A stretch of DNA of 63,999 nucleotides, the filler included, from an uncultured bacterium (lineage in GTDB: Bacteria; CAYJOG01): the NCBI GenBank assembly GCA_964371695.1. It is 11 parts of 11 records of this genome, joined end to end, with 100 filler letters (N's around TTAATTAATTAA, not from the genome) between each part and the next. Parts side by side here need not be neighbours in the genome. Positions count along the whole stretch, not along the records: positions 52,837 to 58,426 come from CAYJOG010000209.1; positions 58,527 to 63,999 come from CAYJOG010000215.1; 9 more parts are not named here. One strand, given 5' to 3'. A program made the translations under genes and the position numbers. Of this stretch, positions 54,372 to 63,999 are shown one piece after another; the stretch's first letter is position 1, and each line of letters begins with the position of its first letter. A model generated the notes under the pieces. It made no database searches, was not told the origin of the DNA, and saw only the letters and a program-made list of their open reading frames with translations.

Positions 54372-54821
54372 TTACTGATTAAACGCCAGTTGAAAACAAC
54401 GCCGCTTGCCGTTGAAGTGCAACACGCAATGCTCCAGCACGTCCATGCCAATCAGCACGTCCACGCCATCGCCCAAATCTGCAAATTCAAGCACACTCAG
54501 GTCATCCAGCAGGCGCATTTCACCCTTGGCGTCTCCAAAAAGATAAAGTGCAATGGCCCTGCGCCGGGTCATTTGGCTGCCACCCGCAGTGCCCATTTCT
54601 GCGGGGCCGTAGTCTGGCAAATGCAGGTCATTCACAACTCTTGAAGTGATACATGTGCCGGTTGCTCCGGTATCAATTTGAGCGACGTAACTTTGAAAAT
54701 GCTCTTCTGGTAAATCCTCTGGCAGGCCAAGCCGAATGCGGTCCATTGCAGAAATAGAAACCATCACATCCAGTAAAAGTTCCCTCTGGTGAGGGGCCAG
54801 ATCGGTGTCAACCAGCGGCAT
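54372..54821 (-). CDS. Retropepsin-like (clan AA) aspartic protease
   Basis: IDTGATGTCI and DVLIGMDVL; ATG 54821 overlaps end of upstream gene. Confidence 0.85.
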   Translation of the reverse strand: MPLVDTDLAPHQRELLLDVMVSISAMDRIRLGLPEDLPEEHFQSYVAQIDTGATGTCITSRVVNDLHLPDYGPAEMGTAGGSQMTRRRAIALYLFGDAKGEMRLLDDLSVLEFADLGDGVDVLIGMDVLEHCVLHFNGKRRCFQLAFNQ

Positions 54822-55065
54822 GTGCAAAATAGGGGGTGGCAATCCGGTTATGTTTGTCCGGCACCAGTTGTCCGACAAAAAATGGTTCCGCGCCAAATGC
54901 CTGGGCGCCAATCACCTGCGCGTCGCGGAAGGTGTCCACCGGGCCAAGAACTTTTTCTCCCTTGATCACCACCCAGCGGTCACGGTGCTCCTGCATCAGG
55001 GATTCCCGGATGTTTTTAAAGTGCTCAAACTCCTTTTGAAGGCTCTCTTCAGGCGCTTCACTCAT
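54808..55065 (-). CDS. Small DUF5678-like protein
   Basis: L..EHRDRWVVIKGEKVLG..D pattern; coupled to protease. Confidence 0.7.
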   Translation of the reverse strand: MSEAPEESLQKEFEHFKNIRESLMQEHRDRWVVIKGEKVLGPVDTFRDAQVIGAQAFGAEPFFVGQLVPDKHNRIATPYFAHAAG

Positions 55066-55127
55066 GGACCAATCATACCCAAACATTCCGAAAAAGCATA
55101 ACAACAGCAGCATTGGTGAAGGTTTGT

Positions 55128-55748
55128 TTATTTCTGGCGGGAGTTTTTCCGCAACATCGCCTCTATCTCGGCCATCCCCTGGGCCGCCTTGAGGGGAGAC
55201 TTGCCCGATGCGTCGGCCACGCCCGCCTTCGCGCCATGTTGCAGCAACAGGGCCACCATGGCGGGGTCTTCGCCCAGCACCGCCAGATAAAGCGGCGTGC
55301 CGCCGTGAAAGTCGGTGATCTCGATGTCCGCACCGTGCGTGAGCAGCAACCGGGCCATGGCTGCCTTGCCCGTGGCGGCGGCTTCCAGCAGGGGGCTGTT
55401 GCGGGCGGCGGTCAGGTGGTCGGGGTCGGCCCCCTGTTGCAGCAACACCCTGGCCGCCGCCAGATGCCCCCGCGACACGGCGCGGAAAAGGGGTGTCTGC
55501 CCCCCCGCGTCGGGGGCGTCAGCCCAGGCCCCCAGCCCCAGCAGCAGGCGCAGGCGGCCAGTGTCGCCCCGCTCGGCGGCGCGGTGAATGGGAATCAGCA
55601 CCCAGGCCCGCGTATAGGCCCCATGCACCAGCACGACATAGCTCAGCAACAGGCCCAGCAGCATCCTGGCTGCCAGAGTGAGCCGGGAACTTTTGCGCGT
55701 TTTTTTGGTCAGCTCAGCGTCCACGGGCATCGCGATTATGACAAACAA
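55128..55748 (-). CDS. Membrane-anchored ankyrin repeat protein
   Basis: GQTPLFRAV, NSPLLEAA, GTPLYLAV repeats. Confidence 0.88.
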   Translation of the reverse strand: MFVIIAMPVDAELTKKTRKSSRLTLAARMLLGLLLSYVVLVHGAYTRAWVLIPIHRAAERGDTGRLRLLLGLGAWADAPDAGGQTPLFRAVSRGHLAAARVLLQQGADPDHLTAARNSPLLEAAATGKAAMARLLLTHGADIEITDFHGGTPLYLAVLGEDPAMVALLLQHGAKAGVADASGKSPLKAAQGMAEIEAMLRKNSRQK

Positions 55749-55783
55749 ACCACAGAGGGCACCCCGGTTGTTATCATTTGCTT

Positions 55784-56461
55784 ATGCCGCGCAAACCCAA
55801 ACATCAGGCCAAAGGTCACGAAGACCAGCAGCGCGAGCGTATTTTCCGCGCCGCGCAGGAGGTGTTCAGCAACAAGGGTTACCGGGGCGGCACCACGCGG
55901 GAGATTGCCGAAAAAGCCGGTGTGAACCTGGCGGCGATTCATTATTACTGGGGCAGCAAAGACGCCCTGTTCAAGGCGGTGCATCAACATCTTTATGACC
56001 ACCTTCTGCCGATTTTTCAGGACCTCGCGCCCCGCTTGGTCAAGTCCCCCGCCCAGCAACTGATTTATGAAGGCGTGAGCCGGGCGGCGGATTTTCTGGA
56101 TGAACAGCCGGAGGTGGCACGCCTGGATGTACACACCGTGGTGGACAAACGCAACTACGACCTGCCACTGGACAGCCAGCACCTGAAAGACCTCATGCGG
56201 CTGGTCACCAGCGGCATCGAGCCGTTCAAGACCATGGGTGTGGTGCATCAGGACGTGGACATTGAAATGCTCTCGTTCTGTGTCACGGCGGCCTATGACT
56301 ATTTTTTCGCCGCCGACGACCTGCTGGAATCCTTCACCGGCCCCAAGGCCGAAGACCCCGACAAAACCCAGCGGTTCAAAAACTTCATCACCCGCATGTT
56401 GTGTACCTATGTGGGCATTCCGCCCCCCAAACCCAAACCGGTGCGGCCCCGGAAGAAATAA
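55784..56461 (+). CDS. TetR/AcrR family regulator
   Basis: F..KGY.G.TTREIAEKAGVNLAAIHYYWGSKDAL HTH. Confidence 0.93.
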   Translation: MPRKPKHQAKGHEDQQRERIFRAAQEVFSNKGYRGGTTREIAEKAGVNLAAIHYYWGSKDALFKAVHQHLYDHLLPIFQDLAPRLVKSPAQQLIYEGVSRAADFLDEQPEVARLDVHTVVDKRNYDLPLDSQHLKDLMRLVTSGIEPFKTMGVVHQDVDIEMLSFCVTAAYDYFFAADDLLESFTGPKAEDPDKTQRFKNFITRMLCTYVGIPPPKPKPVRPRKK

Positions 56462-56552
56462 TTCACCAATGGTTCCTCGGTTTATAACAGCGACATAAAA
56501 AATGCTGCATTTTCGAGAAACAGGCAGATGGTGAGGAAGGGCTTTTCCATTA

Positions 56553-56744
56553 CCCTCGCCCGCGCCCCAGCGTGGGAGAGGGTGGTTTTGACTGGCGACG
56601 CCAGTCAAAACCGGGTGAGGGCCACGTTCGCTTGGCACATAAAAAAGCCCTTGTTTTTTGCGGGCACGGACACAGCCCTCACCCGGTATTGACCAAGCCC
56701 GGCTTGGTCAATACCACCCTCTCCCATCTGACGACGGGAGAGGG
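56553..56744. repeat. Repeat family B inverted pair with long perfect internal hairpins
   Basis: 56553-56621 and 56676-56744. Confidence 0.85.
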
Positions 56745-56950
56745 TAAAGAGCGGCGGCTTTTCTTTTACCCTCTCCCCGCCTGAAAAGACGGCGGGGAAC
56801 GACAGAAGCTTTTTCTTTTACCAACCGCCAGCTTCCAACCTTCATTTTTTGCTTAATTTCTGACGGCCTGACCCTTTTTATGCGCCCCTCCCGCCCCTAT
56901 GCTGCGGCGAACAAAGTTCGTTCCATCGCAAATCCCCCACCCCACGCCCC

Positions 56951-58426
56951 ATGAAAAACACCCTCCGCCAACAGGTCGGCCACAGCTTTTTTATTGTGCT
57001 GCTGCTGCTGGCGGCCCTGGCGCTGGCCACGGGCAACAACCTCATGCGTCAGCAGGGGGCCCTGAAAGAGGCCAACGCCCACCTGCTGGCGCTGTCGCAC
57101 CTTTCAGAAATTGACCAGTTGCTGATGGAAGACCTGAACCAGCAAATGCGGGCGGGCATGAGCAATCAGGCGGGTGTGGAAACCAACATCCGCCGCGTGC
57201 ATGAAGACATCGCCGTCACCATCCGGCGGCTGAAGTTTCTCAAAAACCTGCCACGCACCGCCCACGAAGCTTTGGATACGTTGCAGGAAGTGCTGGACAA
57301 AACACCCATGCACGTGGCCGAGCTGGCGGTGGCCCGCGAACTGGGCGACGAGGCCATGGCCCAGGAAGTGGCCCGGCAGATACAGGACGACGTGAACGTG
57401 GTGATCCGCCTGAGCGAAGGCGTGCGGGGCGCCGTGCTCACCAGCAACGAAGCCGCCAACCAGAAGCGCTTTGAGCGGGCCTCGCGGGATTTCATGCTGC
57501 TGCTGGCCCTGGTGCTGGTGTCGTTGGTGGTGACGGTGGGCGTGGGTCTGGGGCTGGCGGGGCGGCTGGTGCGGCCCGTGGAAAGTTTCATGCGCGTCAC
57601 CAACCGCATCCGCGAAGGCGACTACCGCACCAAAGTGCAGGTGCCCCACGACGCCCCCCGCGAAATCAAGCAACTGGCCGGCTCACTCTTCAACCTGCAG
57701 CACAACCTGCTGGTGCAGCAGGTCAAACGCGAAGAAGCCGAGCGCCAGCTCATTCACGGCGCGTTTCATGATTCGCTCACGGGCCTTGCCAACCGCGCCT
57801 TGCTGTTTGACCGCCTGAACTGGTCCATGAGCCACGCCCGGCGGCACGCCGACCGTTTCTTTGCCCTGCTTTATCTGGACCTGGACCGTTTCAAGGTGGT
57901 CAACGACAGCCTGGGCCATCACTATGGTGACAAACTGCTGGTGCAGGTGAGCCGCAGGCTGGAAGGCCTGCTGCGGCAGAACGACACCCTGGCCCGCATT
58001 GGCGGGGATGAGTTCACCATTCTGCTGGACTCGGTGAAGACGCCCCACGACATCACCCTGGTGGCCGGGCGCATTCAATACGCCCTCAGCCGCCCTTATC
58101 TCATCGAGGGCAAAGAAGTCGAGACCAGTTGCAGCATGGGGGTGGTGACCTACTCCAAAAACTATGAAACCGCCGAGGAAATGCTGCGCGACGCAGACAT
58201 CGCCCTGTACCGCGCCAAGGCGCGGGGCCGGTCGCGGTTTGAGGTGTTCGACGCCGCCATGCATCAGGAACAACAGCGCCTGCACGAAATCGAAATCGAA
58301 CTGCGCGGCGCGCTGAAACGCCGCGAACTGGAAGTGCATTACCAACCGGTGGTAGACCTGAAAACCGGCGCACCGGCGGGGCTGGAGGCCCTTTGCCGCT
58401 GGAAAAACCGCAAGGGAGAATGGATC
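56951..58426 (+). CDS. HAMP-GGDEF-EAL diguanylate cyclase/phosphodiesterase, 3' truncated
   Basis: 2 TM + HAMP, HDSLTGLANR, GGDEF, HYQP..EAL. Confidence 0.93.
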
Positions 58427-58526
58427 NNNNNNNNNNNNNNNNNNNNNNNNNNNNNNNNNNNNNNNNNNNNTTAATTAATTAANNNNNNNNNNNNNNNNNN
58501 NNNNNNNNNNNNNNNNNNNNNNNNNN

Positions 58527-58783
58527 GTTTTGGCGACCTGGAAAAATGGGCGCTCGGCATCATGCTGGACCCCCCCAAAGATCTGGACGCCGTGACCTGG
58601 GAGGCCGCCGTGCGCGTGGGGGTGGCCACCGGCGCCATGCGTGATCACTTCAACCTCACGGTTTATGTGGCCACCGACGTGGGCAAGAACGCCCGCGAAA
58701 AAGTGGAGAAGGAACTGGGCATGAAAATTGAAGACCACTGGACCAAAGTGGTGCAGATGGGCTTGATGTCGCTGGAGTATTGA
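58527..58783 (+). CDS. Hypothetical protein, C-terminal fragment
   Basis: Open frame from gap with host-like codon usage. Confidence 0.5.
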
Positions 58784-58793
58784 GAGCGGGTTT

Positions 58794-59276
58794 CTACTCT
58801 CCCTTTAACCGGCTGATGACCAGATCGGTGATGTCCGTGGGGCCGCCCACGGGGTAAAACACCGATTCGCGGTCCACCACCACTTCAAAGCCCTTCTCGC
58901 GGCTGAGCTGCCCCACCACGTCGCGGATGTCCTGAAGAATCGGGTCGGTCAGTTGCAGATCCTTTTTGGACACATCCCGCTCAAATCCGGATTCGTATTC
59001 GTTGCGGATGCGCATGAGTTCGCGCTGTTCGTCTTCGTCCAGGTCTTCGGGCTGGCGTTTGCCCAGCTTTTTTTTCACTTCTTCATCCAGGGCTTTGCTG
59101 GCGGCGGCAAACTGGGTTTTGCGGAACTGGTCCAGCTCTTTGAGGGCCGTGGTGGTTTTGGGGTGGGCCGCCATGGCGGCCTTCACGTCCAGCACGGCGA
59201 TCACGCCCGCGTTGGCGGCGCCCGCCGCAAGGGTCATGCCCACAAAAAGGGCCATGGCCCAGATGGTTTTTCTCAT
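58794..59276 (-). CDS. skp: OmpH/Skp outer-membrane chaperone
   Basis: Signal peptide, IAVLD, coiled coil, GFEVVVD..V.Y...DITD.VI; GGAG RBS. Confidence 0.88.
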   Translation of the reverse strand: MRKTIWAMALFVGMTLAAGAANAGVIAVLDVKAAMAAHPKTTTALKELDQFRKTQFAAASKALDEEVKKKLGKRQPEDLDEDEQRELMRIRNEYESGFERDVSKKDLQLTDPILQDIRDVVGQLSREKGFEVVVDRESVFYPVGGPTDITDLVISRLKGE

Positions 59277-59534
59277 TTGTTCTTCTCCTTGGAACAGATT
59301 TTTAGCATTATCAACATTTTTTGGGCATTCGCCTGCCCGGCTTTTTGTCCGGTTTGCCGGTTTCATCCGTGAAACCTTGCAAACAACGCCGCACGGTTCA
59401 GCCCAACCCGATCAAGCGACTGCTTCCGGCGCCTTTTGTTTCTGAATCCGCCATGGATAAACACTGGCCGCGCTGAACCGGCGGCGGAACGGCCATCCCT
59501 GGCCTTTGGCTTTTTGATGCTTCAACCCTGACAT

Positions 59535-60842
59535 TTACAGGTTTGCCCGCAGCCGCACCCACGTGTCGGCGTCCAGATCGGTGAACAGCCCCAGAGTATA
59601 AAAATCGTTGACCCGGTAAAGAAGGCCAAGTTCCCGAAACGTGCCTTGCACGGCGCGTTTTTCATAACTCACCGACCAGTCGGGCGCAAGGCGCATGCTC
59701 ACCCACCATTTGTTCAGCCGGTTGGTCAGGTCGCGGCCCACAGACAGGTTGAAGCCCTCAAAGGCCACCAGCCCCACCCCCACGTCGCTCACCAGTTTGG
59801 GGCCTTTCAGCTCCACCGATGGCTCGGCGAACACCTCAAAATATTTCCCCAGTGAAAAACCCGCGTGGGCGTCCAGACGGCCTTCTTCCACGGCGTGGCC
59901 CACGTCCAGGTGCCCCCCCGCCAGCAGGCGGAAACGCGGGCTGCCCACCTTGGCCTGAACGGTGAGCGACTCACCCTCTCCCAGGTCGGACTGAAAAGCA
60001 GCCTGCAGTTTGAGCCGCCGGGTGATGGGCACACCGGCAAAGGCCGTTTTGAGCGTGTTCTGAATCAGCGACTCGTGGCGAGCCAGGAGCGCCATGGGCA
60101 ACCCCCGCAGGCCCCGCAGCGAGCCAGCCAGGGCAAACCGCACTTCATCCATCAACACATTGGGCAGCAGGGTGCTGGTGGTGTGAATGTTTACGTCGCG
60201 CAGCACGGGCGCTTTGGCCCGCAGGCTCAGATGCACCGTGGTGGTTTTTGCCAGCGCGGCCTCCACCGATACCACAAAAAGGCTCAGGTCGGGTTGTTTG
60301 GCCACCAGTTCCTTGGCCTGGGCCACCAGCAGGCGCTCGGCCCAGGGGGCATTGCTGGCGGGCAGATCCTTCCACACGGCCTCAAGCTGTTTTTTCACTT
60401 TTTTCAGATCCCCCACCAGAATGTCCCGGGCCATGGTGGACATGGGGTTGACGTCGGCAGTGAGCCGCACGCTCTGGATGAGTTCGCCAAAAGGAGCCAG
60501 GGAGGCGCTGGCATAAATCACGCCGTTCTGCTGCGACAGGTTCATGTCCCGCACCCGGTAACCCCGCAGGGCCTGCTCCAGCACCTCGGCTGTGGCCTCC
60601 TGATAGGTTTCGGTGTTTTCCTGCCAGTCGGGGGCGTTTTCCAGGGCTTTTTTCACCACGGCCTGCATGGTGTTTTCAAGGCGGGTGACAAAAAAAGCGT
60701 GGGGCGGCTCCCCTGCAAAGCGCACCACCGCCTTTACCTGGGCCGCACGGGCAGACCCACCGGCCAGGGCCAGCGCAAACACACACAAAAGAAACAGGCG
60801 AAGGAATTGGAACATGGTCCGAAAAGGCGCGAAAGGCCGCAT
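59535..60842 (-). CDS. Hypothetical exported protein, possibly POTRA-like N-terminus with beta-rich C-terminus
   Basis: Signal peptide; amphipathic beta strands at C-terminus; upstream of skp. Confidence 0.5.
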   Translation of the reverse strand: MRPFAPFRTMFQFLRLFLLCVFALALAGGSARAAQVKAVVRFAGEPPHAFFVTRLENTMQAVVKKALENAPDWQENTETYQEATAEVLEQALRGYRVRDMNLSQQNGVIYASASLAPFGELIQSVRLTADVNPMSTMARDILVGDLKKVKKQLEAVWKDLPASNAPWAERLLVAQAKELVAKQPDLSLFVVSVEAALAKTTTVHLSLRAKAPVLRDVNIHTTSTLLPNVLMDEVRFALAGSLRGLRGLPMALLARHESLIQNTLKTAFAGVPITRRLKLQAAFQSDLGEGESLTVQAKVGSPRFRLLAGGHLDVGHAVEEGRLDAHAGFSLGKYFEVFAEPSVELKGPKLVSDVGVGLVAFEGFNLSVGRDLTNRLNKWWVSMRLAPDWSVSYEKRAVQGTFRELGLLYRVNDFYTLGLFTDLDADTWVRLRANL

Positions 60843-60852
60843 TTTAGTTTAA

Positions 60853-61000
60853 CAGGGTGTTGAGAAAGTCCGTCCTGGACTTTCTCAACCCATTTTGCTC
60901 AGGCAAGCCATCGCAAAATGGCGCTCTTGCAAGGGTTTTTTGAACCCTTGCAAGCGGAAAATCCATCCATGGATTTTTCAGGGTGTTTATCAACACCCTG
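60853..61000. mobile_element. MITE family E (148 bp)
   Basis: TIRs CAGGGTGTTGAGAAA / TTTATCAACACCCTG (14/15) with several internal hairpins. Confidence 0.8.
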
Positions 61001-61073
61001 CTACTGTCCTGAACAGGGCCGCGTGAAAGTCCAAGAAATACCGAAAGACGGGCCTTGGAACCTGAGCGGTAAT

Positions 61074-62630
61074 ATGCCGCCGGTGAAGCGGTTTGTGTGT
61101 TATTTGTGTCTGTGTGGGGCATTGATGCTGGGACCCGCCCCAGTCCGGGCGGCCCTCACACAACAACAGGCAGAGTTGCAGGCCAAGGGCCTGATCACAC
61201 AGGCCATGTCGGGCCGGGGGGCGTGGCGGTGGTGTGATTTTTCGGTGAAGGTGGCCAACTCCACCGACATGGCCCAGGTGATTGGCCGCCTGTTGGACAC
61301 CCTGCCCGCCACCCGCCTGAACGCCCAGGAAACCGTGTTGCGGCAACTGGGCCTACTGCCCGCCCAACCCTCTCTCAGAGACCTGCTCAAACAGAAACTC
61401 CCCGCCCAGGTGGGGGGACTCTATGACCCCACCACCCGCACCCTGTGGGTGATGGACCAGTTTCCCGCCCCTTTCCGCAAACGCCTGGGGGGCCTGGAAA
61501 AACCCTTTCAGAAAATGGTGCTGCTGCACGAGATCACCCACGCCCTGCAGGACTGCGACATGGACCTGACGGGCACGGGTGAAATGTCTGACGAGGCCCA
61601 GGCTTTTTCGGCCTGGCTGGAGGGCGAGGCCACGGTGGTGGGTCTTGGGGCGCTGAGCGCACCGGGAGCCTCAGCGGCCGCCGACCCCGGCATGAAAAAC
61701 CTGCCCCCCTATCTGCAGCACCAGTTGGCGTTTCCTTATGTTTATGGCGCGGCGTATTTCCTCAAACACCAAGGCCAGAAACCTCCCCCCGTGCCCGTGA
61801 GCACCGCGGCGTTTTTGTCCGACGAGCCAGCGCCCATGCTTTTTCCGCAGATGCCCCCCGGGGGTTATGCCACCACGTTTGCACTGGGGGCGGCCACGTT
61901 CAATTTCTGGTTCCCCAAAAACACGGCCAGGGTGCTGGCCGATCTGAGCGGCGAAGGGGTGTGGGTGATTCCCGCCGGGCCGGGGCGCTTTGAGTGGGTG
62001 TGGTGGCTTCAGTCTCCCAGCGTGGGAGCGGCGGCCCGCCTGAAAAAGCGGCTGGCAACCGTGCTGCCCAAAAAACGTGTGGGCTTGAAACAAAAAGGCG
62101 CGCTGCTGGCCGTGATGCCTGCGCAAAACCAGAGCCGCCCCCTCAACTGGCCCAGCCAGTGGCTGGCCGCCACCGGCCTGCCGCCCGATGCCGCCGCCAC
62201 GCCCCACGGCCTGCTCACGCTGGCCCGCCACCGCTGGGAACTGTTGCAGGCCGACCCGATGATCAAGACCCTGCAACACACCCGTTATCCCGTGCTGGTG
62301 AGTCTGGCGGAGTTCGCCGCCACGCCGGTGATCACCCACTATCCCGAACCCGACGTGTGGCTGGCCCAGCTCAGCGGCCTGTGCCCCAATGTGCTGGCGT
62401 GGACGGTGACCGAAGACCGCTTCAGCGCCACCTGTCAGCCCTCGGCCAGCCAACCGCCCCTGCGCCTGCACGCACGGCTTCTGTCATTCCGCCACGCCAC
62501 GGTGATGGTCACCTGCACCGGCAAGGCGCGCCAGTGGCAACCGGGTTTTGAAGACCTCTGCCTTGAGGTGCTGCAAAAAGCCGGGGGCCACCCCCAAGGC
62601 CCCCAGCCCCACACGCTCACGCCAAGGTAA
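61074..62630 (+). CDS. Secreted HEXXH zinc metallopeptidase-like protein
   Basis: Signal peptide; GLYDP, LLHEITHALQD, EGEAT, FPYVYG. Confidence 0.72.
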   Translation: MPPVKRFVCYLCLCGALMLGPAPVRAALTQQQAELQAKGLITQAMSGRGAWRWCDFSVKVANSTDMAQVIGRLLDTLPATRLNAQETVLRQLGLLPAQPSLRDLLKQKLPAQVGGLYDPTTRTLWVMDQFPAPFRKRLGGLEKPFQKMVLLHEITHALQDCDMDLTGTGEMSDEAQAFSAWLEGEATVVGLGALSAPGASAAADPGMKNLPPYLQHQLAFPYVYGAAYFLKHQGQKPPPVPVSTAAFLSDEPAPMLFPQMPPGGYATTFALGAATFNFWFPKNTARVLADLSGEGVWVIPAGPGRFEWVWWLQSPSVGAAARLKKRLATVLPKKRVGLKQKGALLAVMPAQNQSRPLNWPSQWLAATGLPPDAAATPHGLLTLARHRWELLQADPMIKTLQHTRYPVLVSLAEFAATPVITHYPEPDVWLAQLSGLCPNVLAWTVTEDRFSATCQPSASQPPLRLHARLLSFRHATVMVTCTGKARQWQPGFEDLCLEVLQKAGGHPQGPQPHTLTPR

Positions 62631-62893
62631 TACCAATTTTTAACCGAAAAAGCATTCATCCTGAGCGATGAGCCAGTTTGAAAATGGGTGCTGCGAAGTC
62701 CGGCGGTTCGGTGAAAATTGGTATGAATTCATGGATGAATTCGCATCGAACGCCGAGGCGCATCAAGCGCCGACGGTGTTCGCGGCGCAAGCGGGCTTTG
62801 CCTGCGCCGCGCCGGGCCGTAGCCGTTCACGACGAACGGCAAGGCCAATAAAACCAATGAACATTCCCGCTGTTTTGAATGTTCATTGGTATA
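62630..62893. mobile_element. Composite ATACCAAT-ended MITE: 95-bp mini-element (62630-62724) plus family F copy 2 (62747-62893)
   Basis: ATACCAATTTTTAACCGAA / TTCGGTGAAAATTGGTAT TIRs; further ATTGGTAT end at 62892. Confidence 0.78.
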
Positions 62894-62933
62894 AAGCCCC
62901 TTTCTCTCCAAAGCAGGCTGTTATCATGTTTTC

Positions 62934-63800
62934 ATGGCGTCGGGGGTGATGAACTTTTATCAGATTCTGGGTGCGCCGCGCCAGTCCAGCGCTGCGGAGC
63001 TCAAGGTGGCTTACCGCGAAAAGGCCAAGCTGTATCACCCCGACAAAAACCCCGGCCAGGAGTCTGTCGCCAAAGAGCGGTTCATTGCCCTGCAACTGGC
63101 TTATGACTGCCTGGCCGACCCCGCAAGGCGCGAAGCCTATGACCGGCACCTGGCCGACCGCGAGCGCGCCCCACGGGGCATGGTGGGTGTGCGGCGACGC
63201 AGCGCCGCCGAGCTGCGTCAGGACGCCGCCCTGCTGCGGGCCGTGCGCATGGGCGACGCCGCGCTGGCGGAGCAACTGATTGAGCAGGGGGCCTGGGCGC
63301 GGGCCACGGGGCCAGACGGCCTGCCCGCCCTGCACGTGGCCGTGTCGCTGGGCCACGGCGACATCGCCCTGCTGCTATTGGCCTGGGGGGCCGACGTGAA
63401 CGCCAAAGACAACGATGGCCGCACGGCGCTGCACCACGCCGAGGGCCACCGCCATTATTTTGAGCTGGCGGACATGCTCATCAGCAGTGGCGCGCCCTTG
63501 AGCGCGGTGGATGGCCGGGGCCTGACGCCGCTGCATCAGGCCGCGCGTCGGGGGGGCGAGCGGGTGGTGAGCAGAATGCTCAGCGGCGGTGCAGACGTGC
63601 TCTCCCGCGACGAAGATGGCCGCACGGCGCTGCATCACGCGGTTTTGTCCGGCTCGGTGGGGTCTGTGCAGGCGCTTCTCTCGGCCAAGGCGCGCCCTGG
63701 TGAACGCGACAAAAAAGGCCTCTCGCCGATGTCGCTGGCGTCCCAGGCCGAACACGTGGAACTGGTGCAACTCTTCAGCCGCCTGGGTGTGCGGGTGTAG
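62934..63800 (+). CDS. J-domain (DnaJ) - ankyrin repeat fusion protein
   Basis: NFYQILG..HPDKN..AYDCL; GRTALH/GLTPLH ankyrin repeats. Confidence 0.88.
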   Translation: MASGVMNFYQILGAPRQSSAAELKVAYREKAKLYHPDKNPGQESVAKERFIALQLAYDCLADPARREAYDRHLADRERAPRGMVGVRRRSAAELRQDAALLRAVRMGDAALAEQLIEQGAWARATGPDGLPALHVAVSLGHGDIALLLLAWGADVNAKDNDGRTALHHAEGHRHYFELADMLISSGAPLSAVDGRGLTPLHQAARRGGERVVSRMLSGGADVLSRDEDGRTALHHAVLSGSVGSVQALLSAKARPGERDKKGLSPMSLASQAEHVELVQLFSRLGVRV

Positions 63801-63833
63801 GGGCGGGGAGGGCAATATAAATCACCTCCCACC

Positions 63834-63860
63834 GTCATTCCCGCGAAAGCGGGAATCCAG
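63834..63860 (+). repeat. dRS3/RPE-like palindrome (family C)
   Basis: GTCATTCCCGCGAAAGCGGGAATCCAG. Confidence 0.85.
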
Positions 63861-63951
63861 GTCAAAGTAAAAATGTTTTTGTCCCTTTTTTCAGGCGGGC
63901 GAGGGGCAAAACATGAACAAAACCGTTATTTTGGTTGTTTTTTACATCGCC

Positions 63952-63999
63952 CGGCGCTGTCGCGCCGCTGGGCGCGCCCGGCAGCATCAATATGCTGCC
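63952..63999 (-). repeat. Repeat family A copy 3 (cut by window end)
   Basis: Reverse complement of ~5575-5632. Confidence 0.85.

Noticed and set aside
59320-59440. GGCAAACC..-like motif upstream of skp (minus strand) resembling a c-di-GMP-I riboswitch
   Set aside because: Lacks the GNRA loop/receptor and second-stem consensus; an Infernal search would be needed

Overview
Not a contiguous locus. Eleven unrelated ~5.5-5.8 kb contigs of a GC-rich bacterial draft genome/MAG, in decreasing length order, are joined by 100-nt spacers (N-runs around TTAATTAATTAA), so gene order across spacers is meaningless. Housekeeping genes: rpoB-rpoC, clpX-lon-kdsB-folK, lysA, recG/dinG, recJ, pbpC, fbaB, flhA-flhF-flhG and skp. 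Envelope/accessory genes: a pilV/pilW/pilX-like minor pilin cluster with a ~1000-aa PilX, a FecR + giant Ig-repeat pair, a flavin-dependent halogenase with a PqqD/RRE-like tail, a frameshifted class III cyclase-TPR gene, a DUF5678-like/aspartic protease pair and a J-domain-ankyrin fusion. The organism looks like a flagellated, piliated diderm with a Terrabacteria-type RNA polymerase carrying lineage-specific insertions (inference). The most striking sequence-level signal is a dense set of at least seven small palindromic repeat/MITE families. One is inserted in frame inside a membrane-protein gene, one is apparently nested in another, and one brackets the cyclase-TPR gene as direct repeats. 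No CRISPR array, rRNA, tRNA or transposase was recognised. Family assignments come from motif recognition by eye, not database searches.
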